Positions 18,794 to 28,398 of a stretch of DNA of 64,000 bases are shown here, in pieces. The DNA comes from a virus. The stretch spans positions 28,534-92,533 of IMG/VR virus record IMGVR_UViG_3300020048_000072; one strand, given 5' to 3'. The notes below the pieces were generated by a model, which did no database searches, was not told the origin of the DNA, and saw nothing but the letters and a program-made list of their open reading frames with translations. The translations under genes and the position numbers were made by a program. Each line of letters starts with the position of its first letter. Position 1 is the stretch's first letter.

Positions 18794-21700
18794 TTAATTA
18801 GTATAACTCTTTGAACAAGTGAACTTACCTCTGAATAATGTTATGATACTTCCATTATTTAATGTGGCTTGAACATCATAATCATAGGTTCCTTGTGGAA
18901 TATTTGTATCAGATGATGTTAGTTGTAATGATATTTGTTGCATACCAGTAGCAGATATAACTACACATTCCTTATTTATTGAAGTTCCATAGATACCTAT
19001 TATTACTGTAGCATCTGTTAAATCCATCCATTGATCGGTAACATCTCCTGTAAATAGTATATTCCTATTATCGACAGTAAGATAATCGTCGCCTTGTATA
19101 ACACTTAATGTTGTACCATCTGAATTAAGTGGTGAAATTATATTTATTGTGGATGAACTTAATTTACTATTCATTAGGTCTACGGCGGTAGCAAATTCAT
19201 CAATTCCCGTTAGGATATTTTGAGTGTCATCAATAACCGTATCTATCTTGGTATCTAACGTAGACAAACCGGATACATCCGCTTTGAAAGCATTAGCGCG
19301 AGTTCCGTCAGTAAAGTAAGCATAATTGGCTGCTGCGGAAGCACCGCCGGTCAACGCGTTTGAGTCAACTTGATTTGCTACGGTAAACACAAACTGATCG
19401 GTCTTGGTTTTAATCGCAGCAATATCGCTGTTGGCAGGTGCGGTGTAACTCGCCGCGAGCATCGCATTGTTGGTGCCCCGCATGTCCGTGTTCACAGTCG
19501 TGGTATCGACCAGGGAGACGCGACTGACGTGCCCTGAAGCGTTGATCCCTAGCGAGGCGAAATTACTGGGGAACGCCTGGGAGAGCGAATAGCCGGATTT
19601 GTCGTTGTTGGTCCCGACAGTTACTGGCGAGGTAACGCTGGCCACACTGCCGACTACATTGCCAAGCACACTGCCGACACTACCGCTGACGTTACCGCCG
19701 ACATTGCCGGTGACGTTACCTACAGCCCCGGTGACTGAGCCGACACTACCGGTCAGGTTGCCTGTAATGTTTGCGGTTTGATTTCCCAAACCCGTTGTCG
19801 GCGTTAAGGAATAACCTGTCTTATCGACAATGACTTGATCGGTTGTTGCATCAAACGTAGACAAACCGGATACATCAGCTTTGAAAGCATTAGCGCGAGT
19901 CCCATCGGTGAAATAAGTATAGATGGTTGCCGCATAATCTCCGCCAGTCCATGCCGCATCCCCGCGATCCCGAATCGCCTCTTGCGAGTCCGTGACGTTG
20001 TTGTAATTGTTTGCAGCGGTTGTTACGTTAACTTCGGCAAGCGTGGGAGCATCCGAAGTTTTACCCATGATAACTGCGAGCCAATTACGAATAAGCGTAA
20101 TCCCCGCGAACTTTGAAGAAAGCGTTTGAATATCCGCATTCGTGTCCGCAATCCCCGCCCCATACGATCCAGCCCGCGACTTATCCAAATCGCCCGCCAA
20201 CGCATTCCGCAGCACCTTGACCGAATAGTCCCGCCCATTCGGCGGAATCACGCACCACGGCATATCCAGCGTAATCACCTTTGTTGCCGGATCGAATCCG
20301 ACAATGAATCGCGTTTGTCGATCAACGTCGCCTTCCTCGCCAATCGTGATCGCCTGACCGAAACAAACGCTTGTCGCACCTGCATCTAGCGTTGCAGTTT
20401 GCGTTGTAGCCGTCACGATCTGGCCCTCGAACAGCACGTCGGCCATTTGGATGTCGCGGACGAATCGAGCCAGCGAACCGTTGGGAACCGTGCCGGTGAT
20501 GATGCCGCGAACGATTTCATCAGGGGTGTAATACGGCGGGACTATTACTTGGTCGGTTGCCGAGTCAAACGTAGACAAACCGGATACATCCGCTTTGAAA
20601 TCATCAGGACCGCTAACTCCAACACCATTAACTTCAGCGACATTTACACTAATTCGCTCCATGATAAGCCAAGTGTACAGATTATCCCCTATTTGTCCAA
20701 CCTCCATAGAAGTTGCCAGTCCTGTAGTATTGACGACTTGATCTGGTTGCAATGCGACACTATCAATAGTTGGATCAAAAGTAGACAAGCCAGATACATC
20801 GGCTTTCAGGTCGTTGGGTCCAGCTACTGTGGTTCCACCAACCTTCGTCACGTTGACCGCTTGATCCGCTGCAAGCCCATATCCTGTCTTGTCGTCGTTA
20901 GTTCCAACCGTGACTTTGCCACTGCTTATCGTCAAAACTGAGCCGATTCGCGAGAGTAGCGTCGTCACTCCAGAACTATCAGCAACCGTTGTTAATGTCC
21001 GAACCGCAACACTCCATACCGCATCGAATGCACCAGCAGCGAATTTGGCAGAAGTAAATGCCCCTGCGGCAATTGATGTGGCGGTAATAACACCAGCGTT
21101 GATAAAGCCAACAGTGACGGCAGATGTAACACTGTTTACACTTCCAGCGACGTTACCCAAAACGCTACCGACGCTGCCTGTTACATTGCCTCCAACGTTA
21201 CCCGTTACTGACCCTACGGCACCTGTTACTGACCCTACGGCACCCGTGACGCTTCCGACGGAACCAGAAAGATTGCCGGTGATGTTTGCGGTTTGATTTC
21301 CCAAACCCGTTATTGCTGTTAGGGAATAACCTGTCTTATCAATAAGTTCCAGAGAATCTGCTGTCCATTGATAAACGGAGCCATCAAGTACCAGCATGGT
21401 ATCAAGTTTATTCGTTACCGCTTCGACATTAGGCAATTGATTTAATTGAGTTACGATATTGGTAATTTGGTCGTTAATTCCTGTAAGCGAGCTATCAAAA
21501 GTCGAAACGTCAGCCTTAAAGTCATCTGGGCCGTCAACGACAGTTCCATTAACATTATTTAATGAAACCGTTCCAGCTATTTCTGAAGCTGTAGTAACAA
21601 CGTTAATTGATACGGGGATACATGAAGTCTTAGTGGCAATCACCACGAAACTTGTATAGTTTGTTTCTGCTTGCGTTGGCGTATAGATGACGATGCCGTT

Positions 21701-21856
21701 CGTCGAATACGCAACCGTACCGGCTCCGTTAGCTTCCGACACGCCGATAGGCTTGACACGAACTGTGACACCAGAAGTTTGTACGGTTCCGTCTGCGATT
21801 AGAAGCACAGCCCCTATTGCGATTGGCTCGGGAGATTCGGCGTTTCGTGGATACAT
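18794..21856 (-). CDS. Fibre/appendage-like virion protein with repeats and a C-terminal BppU-like domain
   Basis: G(N/S)V(T/G)GSVGSV repeats, five KADVS linkers; C-terminal IQGDDY...GTYDYDVQAT...TLFRGKF. Confidence 0.62.
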   Translation of the reverse strand: MYPRNAESPEPIAIGAVLLIADGTVQTSGVTVRVKPIGVSEANGAGTVAYSTNGIVIYTPTQAETNYTSFVVIATKTSCIPVSINVVTTASEIAGTVSLNNVNGTVVDGPDDFKADVSTFDSSLTGINDQITNIVTQLNQLPNVEAVTNKLDTMLVLDGSVYQWTADSLELIDKTGYSLTAITGLGNQTANITGNLSGSVGSVTGAVGSVTGAVGSVTGNVGGNVTGSVGSVLGNVAGSVNSVTSAVTVGFINAGVITATSIAAGAFTSAKFAAGAFDAVWSVAVRTLTTVADSSGVTTLLSRIGSVLTISSGKVTVGTNDDKTGYGLAADQAVNVTKVGGTTVAGPNDLKADVSGLSTFDPTIDSVALQPDQVVNTTGLATSMEVGQIGDNLYTWLIMERISVNVAEVNGVGVSGPDDFKADVSGLSTFDSATDQVIVPPYYTPDEIVRGIITGTVPNGSLARFVRDIQMADVLFEGQIVTATTQTATLDAGATSVCFGQAITIGEEGDVDRQTRFIVGFDPATKVITLDMPWCVIPPNGRDYSVKVLRNALAGDLDKSRAGSYGAGIADTNADIQTLSSKFAGITLIRNWLAVIMGKTSDAPTLAEVNVTTAANNYNNVTDSQEAIRDRGDAAWTGGDYAATIYTYFTDGTRANAFKADVSGLSTFDATTDQVIVDKTGYSLTPTTGLGNQTANITGNLTGSVGSVTGAVGNVTGNVGGNVSGSVGSVLGNVVGSVASVTSPVTVGTNNDKSGYSLSQAFPSNFASLGINASGHVSRVSLVDTTTVNTDMRGTNNAMLAASYTAPANSDIAAIKTKTDQFVFTVANQVDSNALTGGASAAANYAYFTDGTRANAFKADVSGLSTLDTKIDTVIDDTQNILTGIDEFATAVDLMNSKLSSSTINIISPLNSDGTTLSVIQGDDYLTVDNRNILFTGDVTDQWMDLTDATVIIGIYGTSINKECVVISATGMQQISLQLTSSDTNIPQGTYDYDVQATLNNGSIITLFRGKFTCSKSYTN

Positions 21857-21872
21857 TATTAAATTTCTCCGT

Positions 21873-22895
21873 TTAAAGTATTTGTGTTTGTGGTCGCAGC
21901 CAATAAGGTTTGAATGGTGCCGATGGAGAGCTAAAGGCTACTCCGTTCCCGTCGCCTGTAGGAAGCGTTGCGGGGTTGGCGTACTTGGTCCCAAAGCCGG
22001 ACGACCACGGGTAAACTGAGATTCTTGGTGATGCGTCATGGCCAACTGCGATGTCCTCGCCGCTTGGAGAAAATTCCACGGCGCGACCAACGCCGGTCGG
22101 GAAGGTGCCGGGGTTAGCATACTTAGTTCCAAAGCCGGACGACCACGGGTAAACCGAGATTCTTGGCGATGAGTCATGGGCAACTGCAATGTCATTGCCG
22201 CTTGGAGAAAATCCTACGGCGCGAGCCGACCCAACTGGCAGGACGCTGGGGCTGGCGTATCTAGTTCCAAAGCCGGACGACCACGGATAAACCGAGATTC
22301 TTGGCGTTGAGGTTTGACCGACTGCAATATCCGCTCCACTTGGAGAAAACCGGGTCGCAGAACCGTCAATCCCAGGAAGCACGCCTGGGTTGGCGTATTT
22401 AGTTCCAAAGCCAGACGACCAAGGGTAGACTGAAATGCATGGCGACGAGTCATGGCCAACTGCGATGTCATTGCCGCTTGGACTAAACGAGACACTCCAC
22501 ACAAATGATGGCGGAACCGTGCCTGGGTTGGCGTATTTAGTTCCAAAGCCAGACGACCACGGGTATGCCGAGATTCTTGGTGCTACCCCGTGACCGACTG
22601 CAATATCCGCTCCACTTGGGGAGAACGCAACCGCGTATCCGTTACCAGTCGGCGGCGTGCCTGGGTTAGCGTATTTAGTTCCAAAGCCAGACGACCAAGG
22701 GTAGACTGAAATGTATGGCGACGAGCCATGCGCGGCTGCAATATCCGCTCCACTTGGGGAGAACGCGACCGCGTATCCAGTAGAAGCCGGTAGGGTGCTG
22801 GGATTGGCTAATTTGGTTCCGAAGCCGCTGCCGGATGTCCACGGGTAGACCGACACGAAAGGAGACGACTCATGGGCTACTGCGATGTGGCTCAT
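21873..22895 (-). CDS. Beta-propeller (WD40-like) repeat protein, probable virion component
   Basis: About seven near-identical 43-aa repeats, VAFSPSGxDIAVxHxxSPRISVYPWSSGFGTKYANP. Confidence 0.8.
   Translation of the reverse strand: MSHIAVAHESSPFVSVYPWTSGSGFGTKLANPSTLPASTGYAVAFSPSGADIAAAHGSSPYISVYPWSSGFGTKYANPGTPPTGNGYAVAFSPSGADIAVGHGVAPRISAYPWSSGFGTKYANPGTVPPSFVWSVSFSPSGNDIAVGHDSSPCISVYPWSSGFGTKYANPGVLPGIDGSATRFSPSGADIAVGQTSTPRISVYPWSSGFGTRYASPSVLPVGSARAVGFSPSGNDIAVAHDSSPRISVYPWSSGFGTKYANPGTFPTGVGRAVEFSPSGEDIAVGHDASPRISVYPWSSGFGTKYANPATLPTGDGNGVAFSSPSAPFKPYWLRPQTQIL
21930..22880 (-). repeat. 129-bp tandem coding repeat (propeller blades)
   Basis: ttccaaagcc(g/a)gacgacca recurs about every 129 nt. 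Confidence 0.85.
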
Positions 22896-23551
22896 TATCC
22901 ACTCATCTTAGATACTTCGTATCGCGTTTGAGCGTCCAGAATATACGTTGCTGCCTCCGCATTTACCATCGCAGCTAGCTCTGTTTGTAACTGGTCCAAT
23001 GCGGCCTTAGCAATCGACATTTCTCCGCGTTCTGCGCGGACACTTACTTTGGCCCGACGACAAAGTTGATTCTGGCAGATTTCCGCAACCTCTTCTTCTG
23101 TAAGATCCGAATTTCCGTAGACGGAGTTTCGATCAGCGTTGAGGTACGGTTTCAGTTTATCGGGCAACGGGCGAGATGGTTGCTTTGCCGCAAGAATACC
23201 TTCAAACCTTTTTGCGTTGTCTTCGTACTGCGAAACTTCTTCTTGCCGTATGACAATCTGATCCGCTACAGCCATTGCCTTAGTACGAGCGGAGTCGATA
23301 TCCGCACGACGAAGTAACACTTGGCGTTCTTCCGACGTAATGATATTCGCACCTACAAGATCAACAATAACTGCTTTAACCGCTTCAAACTCAATCGGAC
23401 GATTGCGTTTAATGTTTAGAAGACGATTCCCTTTGCGGGCCGCCTTCTTTACCCCGGCAGTCCCATTAGCCATGGCCGTGTCAATCTTTTCGTGAACATC
23501 ATACAACAATGCCCAATCTTCAATTTCTTCGGGACGGAAATCGCGCTTCAT
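22895..23551 (-). CDS. Hypothetical helical protein (in GC-rich island)
   Basis: Stop/start overlap with the propeller gene; AGGA ribosome-binding site. Confidence 0.7.
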   Translation of the reverse strand: MKRDFRPEEIEDWALLYDVHEKIDTAMANGTAGVKKAARKGNRLLNIKRNRPIEFEAVKAVIVDLVGANIITSEERQVLLRRADIDSARTKAMAVADQIVIRQEEVSQYEDNAKRFEGILAAKQPSRPLPDKLKPYLNADRNSVYGNSDLTEEEVAEICQNQLCRRAKVSVRAERGEMSIAKAALDQLQTELAAMVNAEAATYILDAQTRYEVSKMSG

Positions 23552-23606
23552 ATTTTAAGTCCTAATTTTGTTATTATGTTAGAATCCAATCAATAAGTTA
23601 TCATTT

Positions 23607-23617
23607 ATAATTACACA
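23607..23617 (-). promoter_or_regulatory. Candidate late promoter (fibre and membrane module)
   Basis: TGTGTAATTAT overlapping the stop codon of the GT2 gene. Confidence 0.4.
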
Positions 23618-24318
23618 ATATCCATAAGTCTATTAGAGTCTGAATCAAAAACCGCCTTTAATTCTAAAATAGACTCTTTAGAATCACCTTTATAGTTTTC
23701 GTACCAATTTGAATCTCCTGCTATTCCTGAACAATGATTAGATCTAGAAGAACCCCATCTATAAATATATTGAGGAGAGAAGTGTTTTAATGTATCTCCT
23801 GGTTGAGAAATTTTATTTAACATCCCCATAAAAATCTGATCATATTCTATATTTTTAATTCTTGGCCACTCACAAAGATCTAACATATATTTTGTTAAAG
23901 CTAAACTACCATAAAATCTACCTCTAGCATCTTCTATAATTGGAGGATTTAAATAGGCAGAAATAATCTTTGATGGTTTTGACCACATATTTTCTTCCAT
24001 GGTTTTTGCATGTGCTTCTAAATATTTAGGAAGATAAACATCATCGTCATCAAACATAGCCACAGCATCATATTCTATATTGTTTTTATTTGCAAAATCA
24101 ACCATCTCATTATATTTATTACTGAGACTTTCTGCTCTTTTACTTGTGGCTATGATATAAACATTTTCAAGATCGCAAACACACTCATTCAAAATACCAG
24201 AATCATCATAGACAATTAGACTCTTATCCTTATGTGTTTGAGATATAAAGCAAGCAAGCATATTTTCAAGTAAATCTTTTCTTCGTCCATAAGTAGGACA
24301 TAAACATAGTATATTCAT
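23611..24318 (-). CDS. Glycosyltransferase GT-A/GT2-like
   Basis: LCPTYGR, VYDDSG, MFDDDDVY. Confidence 0.85.
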   Translation of the reverse strand: MNILCLCPTYGRRKDLLENMLACFISQTHKDKSLIVYDDSGILNECVCDLENVYIIATSKRAESLSNKYNEMVDFANKNNIEYDAVAMFDDDDVYLPKYLEAHAKTMEENMWSKPSKIISAYLNPPIIEDARGRFYGSLALTKYMLDLCEWPRIKNIEYDQIFMGMLNKISQPGDTLKHFSPQYIYRWGSSRSNHCSGIAGDSNWYENYKGDSKESILELKAVFDSDSNRLMDIV

Positions 24319-24962
24319 TAATTTGCCTTTATGATTTTGTTTTTAATATTTGACAAGCTTTTTTGGTGGTTTGAACTATTAGACTCACCAAACGAATATT
24401 TCTTATCAACATACTTCATTGTTTCTTCTCTAGTATTGGGTATAGACCCACCATATATTTTTACGTCATTAGTAGTAAAACATCTAATTCCACTATTTAT
24501 AACTCTTTGTATTATATCTGTATCTTGATATCCACAAGGAAGTAAAGATTCGTCATATCCACCAACAGCATAAAAATGTTCTTTTATTATTGCTATTCTT
24601 CCGTATGTTCCATCATGCCAATCATTTGACCAAGTATGACCTATTCTTCCTGTTTCTAATAAATCATCAATCCACGAACAAAAATCTTCTCCTATAAAAT
24701 TATCAGCATCAAGATTTACAAGAATATCTCCAGTTCCAAGTTTATGAGATATATTATACAGTTTAGAGAAGTGGATTTGATCAACAGAAATTCTATGTAT
24801 CTTTACTCTATTATCATCCGTTTTAAAAGAAGAAAATTCATCATCACTATCTACGTCAACTATAATCCATTCGCAATCATCTCTCATTCTTTCTAAATTA
24901 ATAGGAAAAACTTCTTTAAATTGGTGAAATCTATTCTTTATCCATGTGCAGAAAGATATCAT
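24318..24962 (-). CDS. Glycosyltransferase GT-A with GT7-like C-terminal motif
   Basis: NLDADN; FYAVGGYDESLLPCGYQDTD. Confidence 0.82.
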   Translation of the reverse strand: MISFCTWIKNRFHQFKEVFPINLERMRDDCEWIIVDVDSDDEFSSFKTDDNRVKIHRISVDQIHFSKLYNISHKLGTGDILVNLDADNFIGEDFCSWIDDLLETGRIGHTWSNDWHDGTYGRIAIIKEHFYAVGGYDESLLPCGYQDTDIIQRVINSGIRCFTTNDVKIYGGSIPNTREETMKYVDKKYSFGESNSSNHQKSLSNIKNKIIKAN

Positions 24963-25459
24963 AATTTAATAGCTAAAGAATCTACTGTTCTTAAAGATTT
25001 CCAAACATGATTAACTGCTATTGTAACATCTTGCAATTGTGGATATCCAGTTCCATAATCATGTATAGCAATTATTCCATCGTCTTTTATAACTCTTTCC
25101 GCAATCCTTATATCTCTTATACATGCACTTAATTTATGGTCGCCATCAATAAAAACCATATCAAACGTTTTTGGAATAAGAAATTTTTCTATCTCCTCAA
25201 TCCTTCCTAATAGTGGAATTATCGGTAAATCACAAATGTTATCTAAAAAAATAGGAAGAGTATTTATTTTGGGATGTGGCTCAGTTGTAGAACTATCATG
25301 TGGATCAATAGAAAAAATAACCTTAGCTTCAGACATTGCTACTGTAGACCTTCCACAATAACTACCTATTTCTAAAACTATTTTTCCTTTAGATAGTCTT
25401 TTAAGTTCTTCGCCCTCACATATTGAAAGCCATCCATTTATAGATTGCCAATCTATCAT
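24959..25459 (-). CDS. Class I SAM-dependent methyltransferase (Methyltransf_24-like)
   Basis: VLEIGSYCGRST, FDMVFIDGDH, IAIHDY. Confidence 0.88.
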   Translation of the reverse strand: MIDWQSINGWLSICEGEELKRLSKGKIVLEIGSYCGRSTVAMSEAKVIFSIDPHDSSTTEPHPKINTLPIFLDNICDLPIIPLLGRIEEIEKFLIPKTFDMVFIDGDHKLSACIRDIRIAERVIKDDGIIAIHDYGTGYPQLQDVTIAVNHVWKSLRTVDSLAIKL

Positions 25460-27684
25460 CTTTTACATCCTTCTTTTCCACACTTAGCACCAGGTTCACA
25501 TCCATTTTTCTTACATCTGCTCTTTTCGTTTTCTTCTGCTCTACGAATAGATTCTGTAACTAAACCTGGATAAGGATCAAGCCAATTAACATGGAAAACA
25601 ATTCCGCTCATTAATGACTTCCATCCAATACCTAATTTTTCTGTCATAGTTAATTTATGAACAGGTTCGGTTGATTCTAGAACCTTTTGTTCTGCTGCCT
25701 TAGACCAACCCCATGCGACCGCAGATTCATTGATCCATCCAACTATCTCATCAAAATGTTCTTTACAGCCTTCTACTTGCCATTCATCCATTTGAGCCAT
25801 TCTCTTATTACAAGAACAATTTGCTCCAGAATTAATTCCAACAGAAGATAAAATTGCTTTTAATTCTGTTCCAGGCCCATAACCACGCGGCCAAGGTTCT
25901 ATTTCCTTTTCTGGTCTTGGTTCTGGTTCTCTAGCTAATAGAGTCATACCATAATATTCTTGCCAGTGTTTAGCTATAAACCACTCTTTATTTGTGGCAA
26001 GGAAGTTTTTCATTGCTGGCCACAATCCAGGTTTAGTTTGATCAAATTCTGCCTTTTCACCAAAGGATTGTGTTCCCCTAATAATAATATACTTACTAAC
26101 TTTACTAGCGTGTTTGTTTAAAACATTAGTTAGATATTCAGCAGAGTTTTCCCTATCTATGACAAGAAGTTCGGTAGGACCAATATCAACCTTCATTGGA
26201 TCTACTTCAGCATCTTTATGATATGTAATATAGTTATCTATTTTTCTTGAATCTTTTGCCTTTTGTTGATCTACAGCCTTATGAGTTTCTTCAATTAGTT
26301 TAGACTCTTGAGTTTGATATACATTAAGTGTTTTTGGAAAACCTGACGCCAAAGCAACTTCCCAATCTGCTCTCTTAACGAACGCAGTTATATTATTTAC
26401 TTTTGATGCTATATTTCTTACTGTTTCACAGTGTACATTAAGGTCTTTTGATTCTCTTGCAACATCAGCAAACAAAGCATCCAAAGGTTGTGGTCCAGAT
26501 TGTTTTACTGGTCTTGAAAGATTAATAGGATAATTAACTGGATCAGCAACTAATTTATCCCAGTTTTCTTTTGAGAATAATCCACCGCCAACAAAGTGAA
26601 ACCAAATCCTTTCTAGTAATGTCTTTTCTCCATCACCATAATTAAACGACGGGTTTTCTAATTCTTTTGCCCATAAAACATAGTTACGGACCTTTGCTGA
26701 TAATGGAATTGGATATGGGGCACCACCAGCACGACCAAATCTATGATTCCACTTTAAGAAAGGTAAACAAACGGCCTTCCTTCCAGCTTGTCTATATTTT
26801 GTGTGGATGTTCATTTCTTCTCCACCGAATCCGCTACATTCTTTTGCGAATCCAAGCCAAGAGTCTTTCCTAGACGCAAATAAACCCATTCCCATTCCTG
26901 GGATTTCAAATGTTTCTTCTGAGTCTATTTTACCTAATTCAAAACATCCAAACTTAACTAATTCTCTATCGTGTCCTGCCCATTCTAATTTTGATGTTAC
27001 TACATGCCCACACGGAAAAATTACATCACCCCCTTTACTTGGTTCAAATTCTTTTAGAGTCATAATATCGAAATACTTAACAGACTTAAATTGCTTTCTT
27101 GCACCATCTTTATACTCATCATTAAATTCTTCGTTTGATGTCATAAAGATTGTTCCTTTTGGTGTTGACCAAGCAGAACCCCAAGTTCCCCACATACCTC
27201 CTCTAAATTGATCAGTGAAGTGTGTTGATACAATATCTAAACTATCATAAAGCATCGGACCATGAACTAAGTCTTTACATTCTGGATTTTTCTCAAACCA
27301 TGTTGATAGACGAAGTAATGTATTTGGTTTTAACATAACGTGACAATCCATAACTACTACAAACTCTCCGTCTGCATAATTAAAAATTACGTCTCTAGGA
27401 AGTGTTGTTCCTGCAAAACCAGCCATATCTACATATTTAATATTTTTGGTTCTACAGCCTACTTTATCAACACCGCCTTTATTCAAAAAATCCTGAACTA
27501 ATTTTCTGTGTTCACTACCAACAGGAGAAGTATCTACTATTACAATCTGAACATCTGAAGGTTGTTCCCAATCATTATGCAAAAATACAGACTGTATTGT
27601 TGCCCACAAGCCACAAAAATCATCACAGTGAGCTGCTCCTACTGTAATTTTAGGCTTATTTGTTTCAATATTTTCTTTCTTCAT
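25456..27684 (-). CDS. Multidomain glycosyltransferase: ppGalNAc-transferase-like GT-A, degenerate methyltransferase-like domain, Cys-containing C-terminal domain
   Basis: VVMDCHV (DxH); PGMGMGLFASRK...GFGGEE...HRFGR...PY; LLVIDRE...GLWPAM; GPGTEL...CSC. Confidence 0.75.
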   Translation of the reverse strand: MKKENIETNKPKITVGAAHCDDFCGLWATIQSVFLHNDWEQPSDVQIVIVDTSPVGSEHRKLVQDFLNKGGVDKVGCRTKNIKYVDMAGFAGTTLPRDVIFNYADGEFVVVMDCHVMLKPNTLLRLSTWFEKNPECKDLVHGPMLYDSLDIVSTHFTDQFRGGMWGTWGSAWSTPKGTIFMTSNEEFNDEYKDGARKQFKSVKYFDIMTLKEFEPSKGGDVIFPCGHVVTSKLEWAGHDRELVKFGCFELGKIDSEETFEIPGMGMGLFASRKDSWLGFAKECSGFGGEEMNIHTKYRQAGRKAVCLPFLKWNHRFGRAGGAPYPIPLSAKVRNYVLWAKELENPSFNYGDGEKTLLERIWFHFVGGGLFSKENWDKLVADPVNYPINLSRPVKQSGPQPLDALFADVARESKDLNVHCETVRNIASKVNNITAFVKRADWEVALASGFPKTLNVYQTQESKLIEETHKAVDQQKAKDSRKIDNYITYHKDAEVDPMKVDIGPTELLVIDRENSAEYLTNVLNKHASKVSKYIIIRGTQSFGEKAEFDQTKPGLWPAMKNFLATNKEWFIAKHWQEYYGMTLLAREPEPRPEKEIEPWPRGYGPGTELKAILSSVGINSGANCSCNKRMAQMDEWQVEGCKEHFDEIVGWINESAVAWGWSKAAEQKVLESTEPVHKLTMTEKLGIGWKSLMSGIVFHVNWLDPYPGLVTESIRRAEENEKSRCKKNGCEPGAKCGKEGCKR

Positions 27685-27737
27685 CTTTGTCCTTTCAAAA
27701 AGAGTTATAATCTAACTATCTATATTATAGATTTAAA

Positions 27738-28328
27738 CTATGATGTAGTTGTTGGTTCTTCTTCACATGTTATACAGCTACATTCTGGAGTACATGGTTC
27801 GCCAGCCATATCTGTATATCCTGGAGTACAATTAAAATTAAATGCATTATTAAATACTACATATGCTCCTTCTTCACATCTCCAAACTACAAGCCCAGTA
27901 GGAACTGCACATGGCTCACACGATGTTGTTGTAGAGGTTGTTGTCGTGGTTGTCGTTGTAGTGGTGGTTGTCGTTGTAGTGGTTGTCGTAGTTGTGGTGG
28001 TTGTCGTAGTTGTGGTGGTTGTCGTAGTTGTGGTTGTTGTTGGAACCTCAATACAAGGAACTTGAATTATTTCACAAGTTTCTCTTCCTGAATATGCCAC
28101 ATTACTACAATAACAAGGAGATGAACAGGTAGAATAAACTATATCCCAACTAGCGCCATTCCATTTTCTCTTACATGGCTCATCACACGGTCCTGTTGTT
28201 GTTGTAACTTCAACTGTAGTTGGGCAACCATAACATTGTGGACAATCTCCAGAACAAGGTCTATTATCCGGTGTTGTGGTTGATACATCTGGAGTTGTAG
28301 TAGGAACAGAAGATGAAACGCACCCCAT
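27738..28328 (-). CDS. Cys/Thr-rich mucin-like polypeptide; probably the frameshifted C terminus of the 28399-32589 protein
   Basis: 35 consecutive Thr; same TTTP(D/E) and W...C...C repeat style as the upstream gene; frame open back to about 28412. Confidence 0.7.
   Translation of the reverse strand: MGCVSSSVPTTTPDVSTTTPDNRPCSGDCPQCYGCPTTVEVTTTTGPCDEPCKRKWNGASWDIVYSTCSSPCYCSNVAYSGRETCEIIQVPCIEVPTTTTTTTTTTTTTTTTTTTTTTTTTTTTTTTTTTTSTTTSCEPCAVPTGLVVWRCEEGAYVVFNNAFNFNCTPGYTDMAGEPCTPECSCITCEEEPTTTS
27936..28040 (-). repeat. Poly-Thr (ACN)35 tract including about three 18-bp units
   Basis: 105 nt of Thr codons; ggttgtcgtagttgtggt repeated. Confidence 0.95.
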
Positions 28329-28398
28329 AGTTAAAGTTGATCCACAGTTAGTACAAGGGGCTGTAGGAACTAATGAATAACAGTTTGGAATATTAGTA

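Noticed and set aside
19760-21340. Diversity-generating retroelement template/variable repeat pair in the fibre gene
   Set aside because: Differences between the copies are not adenine-specific and no reverse transcriptase is present in the window
19599-23317. Overlapping alternative-frame ORFs in the GC-rich island
   Set aside because: Expected from low stop-codon density and the repeats; no independent evidence of coding
27562-28065. Poly-Val ORF on the + strand
   Set aside because: It is the antisense shadow of the poly-Thr tract
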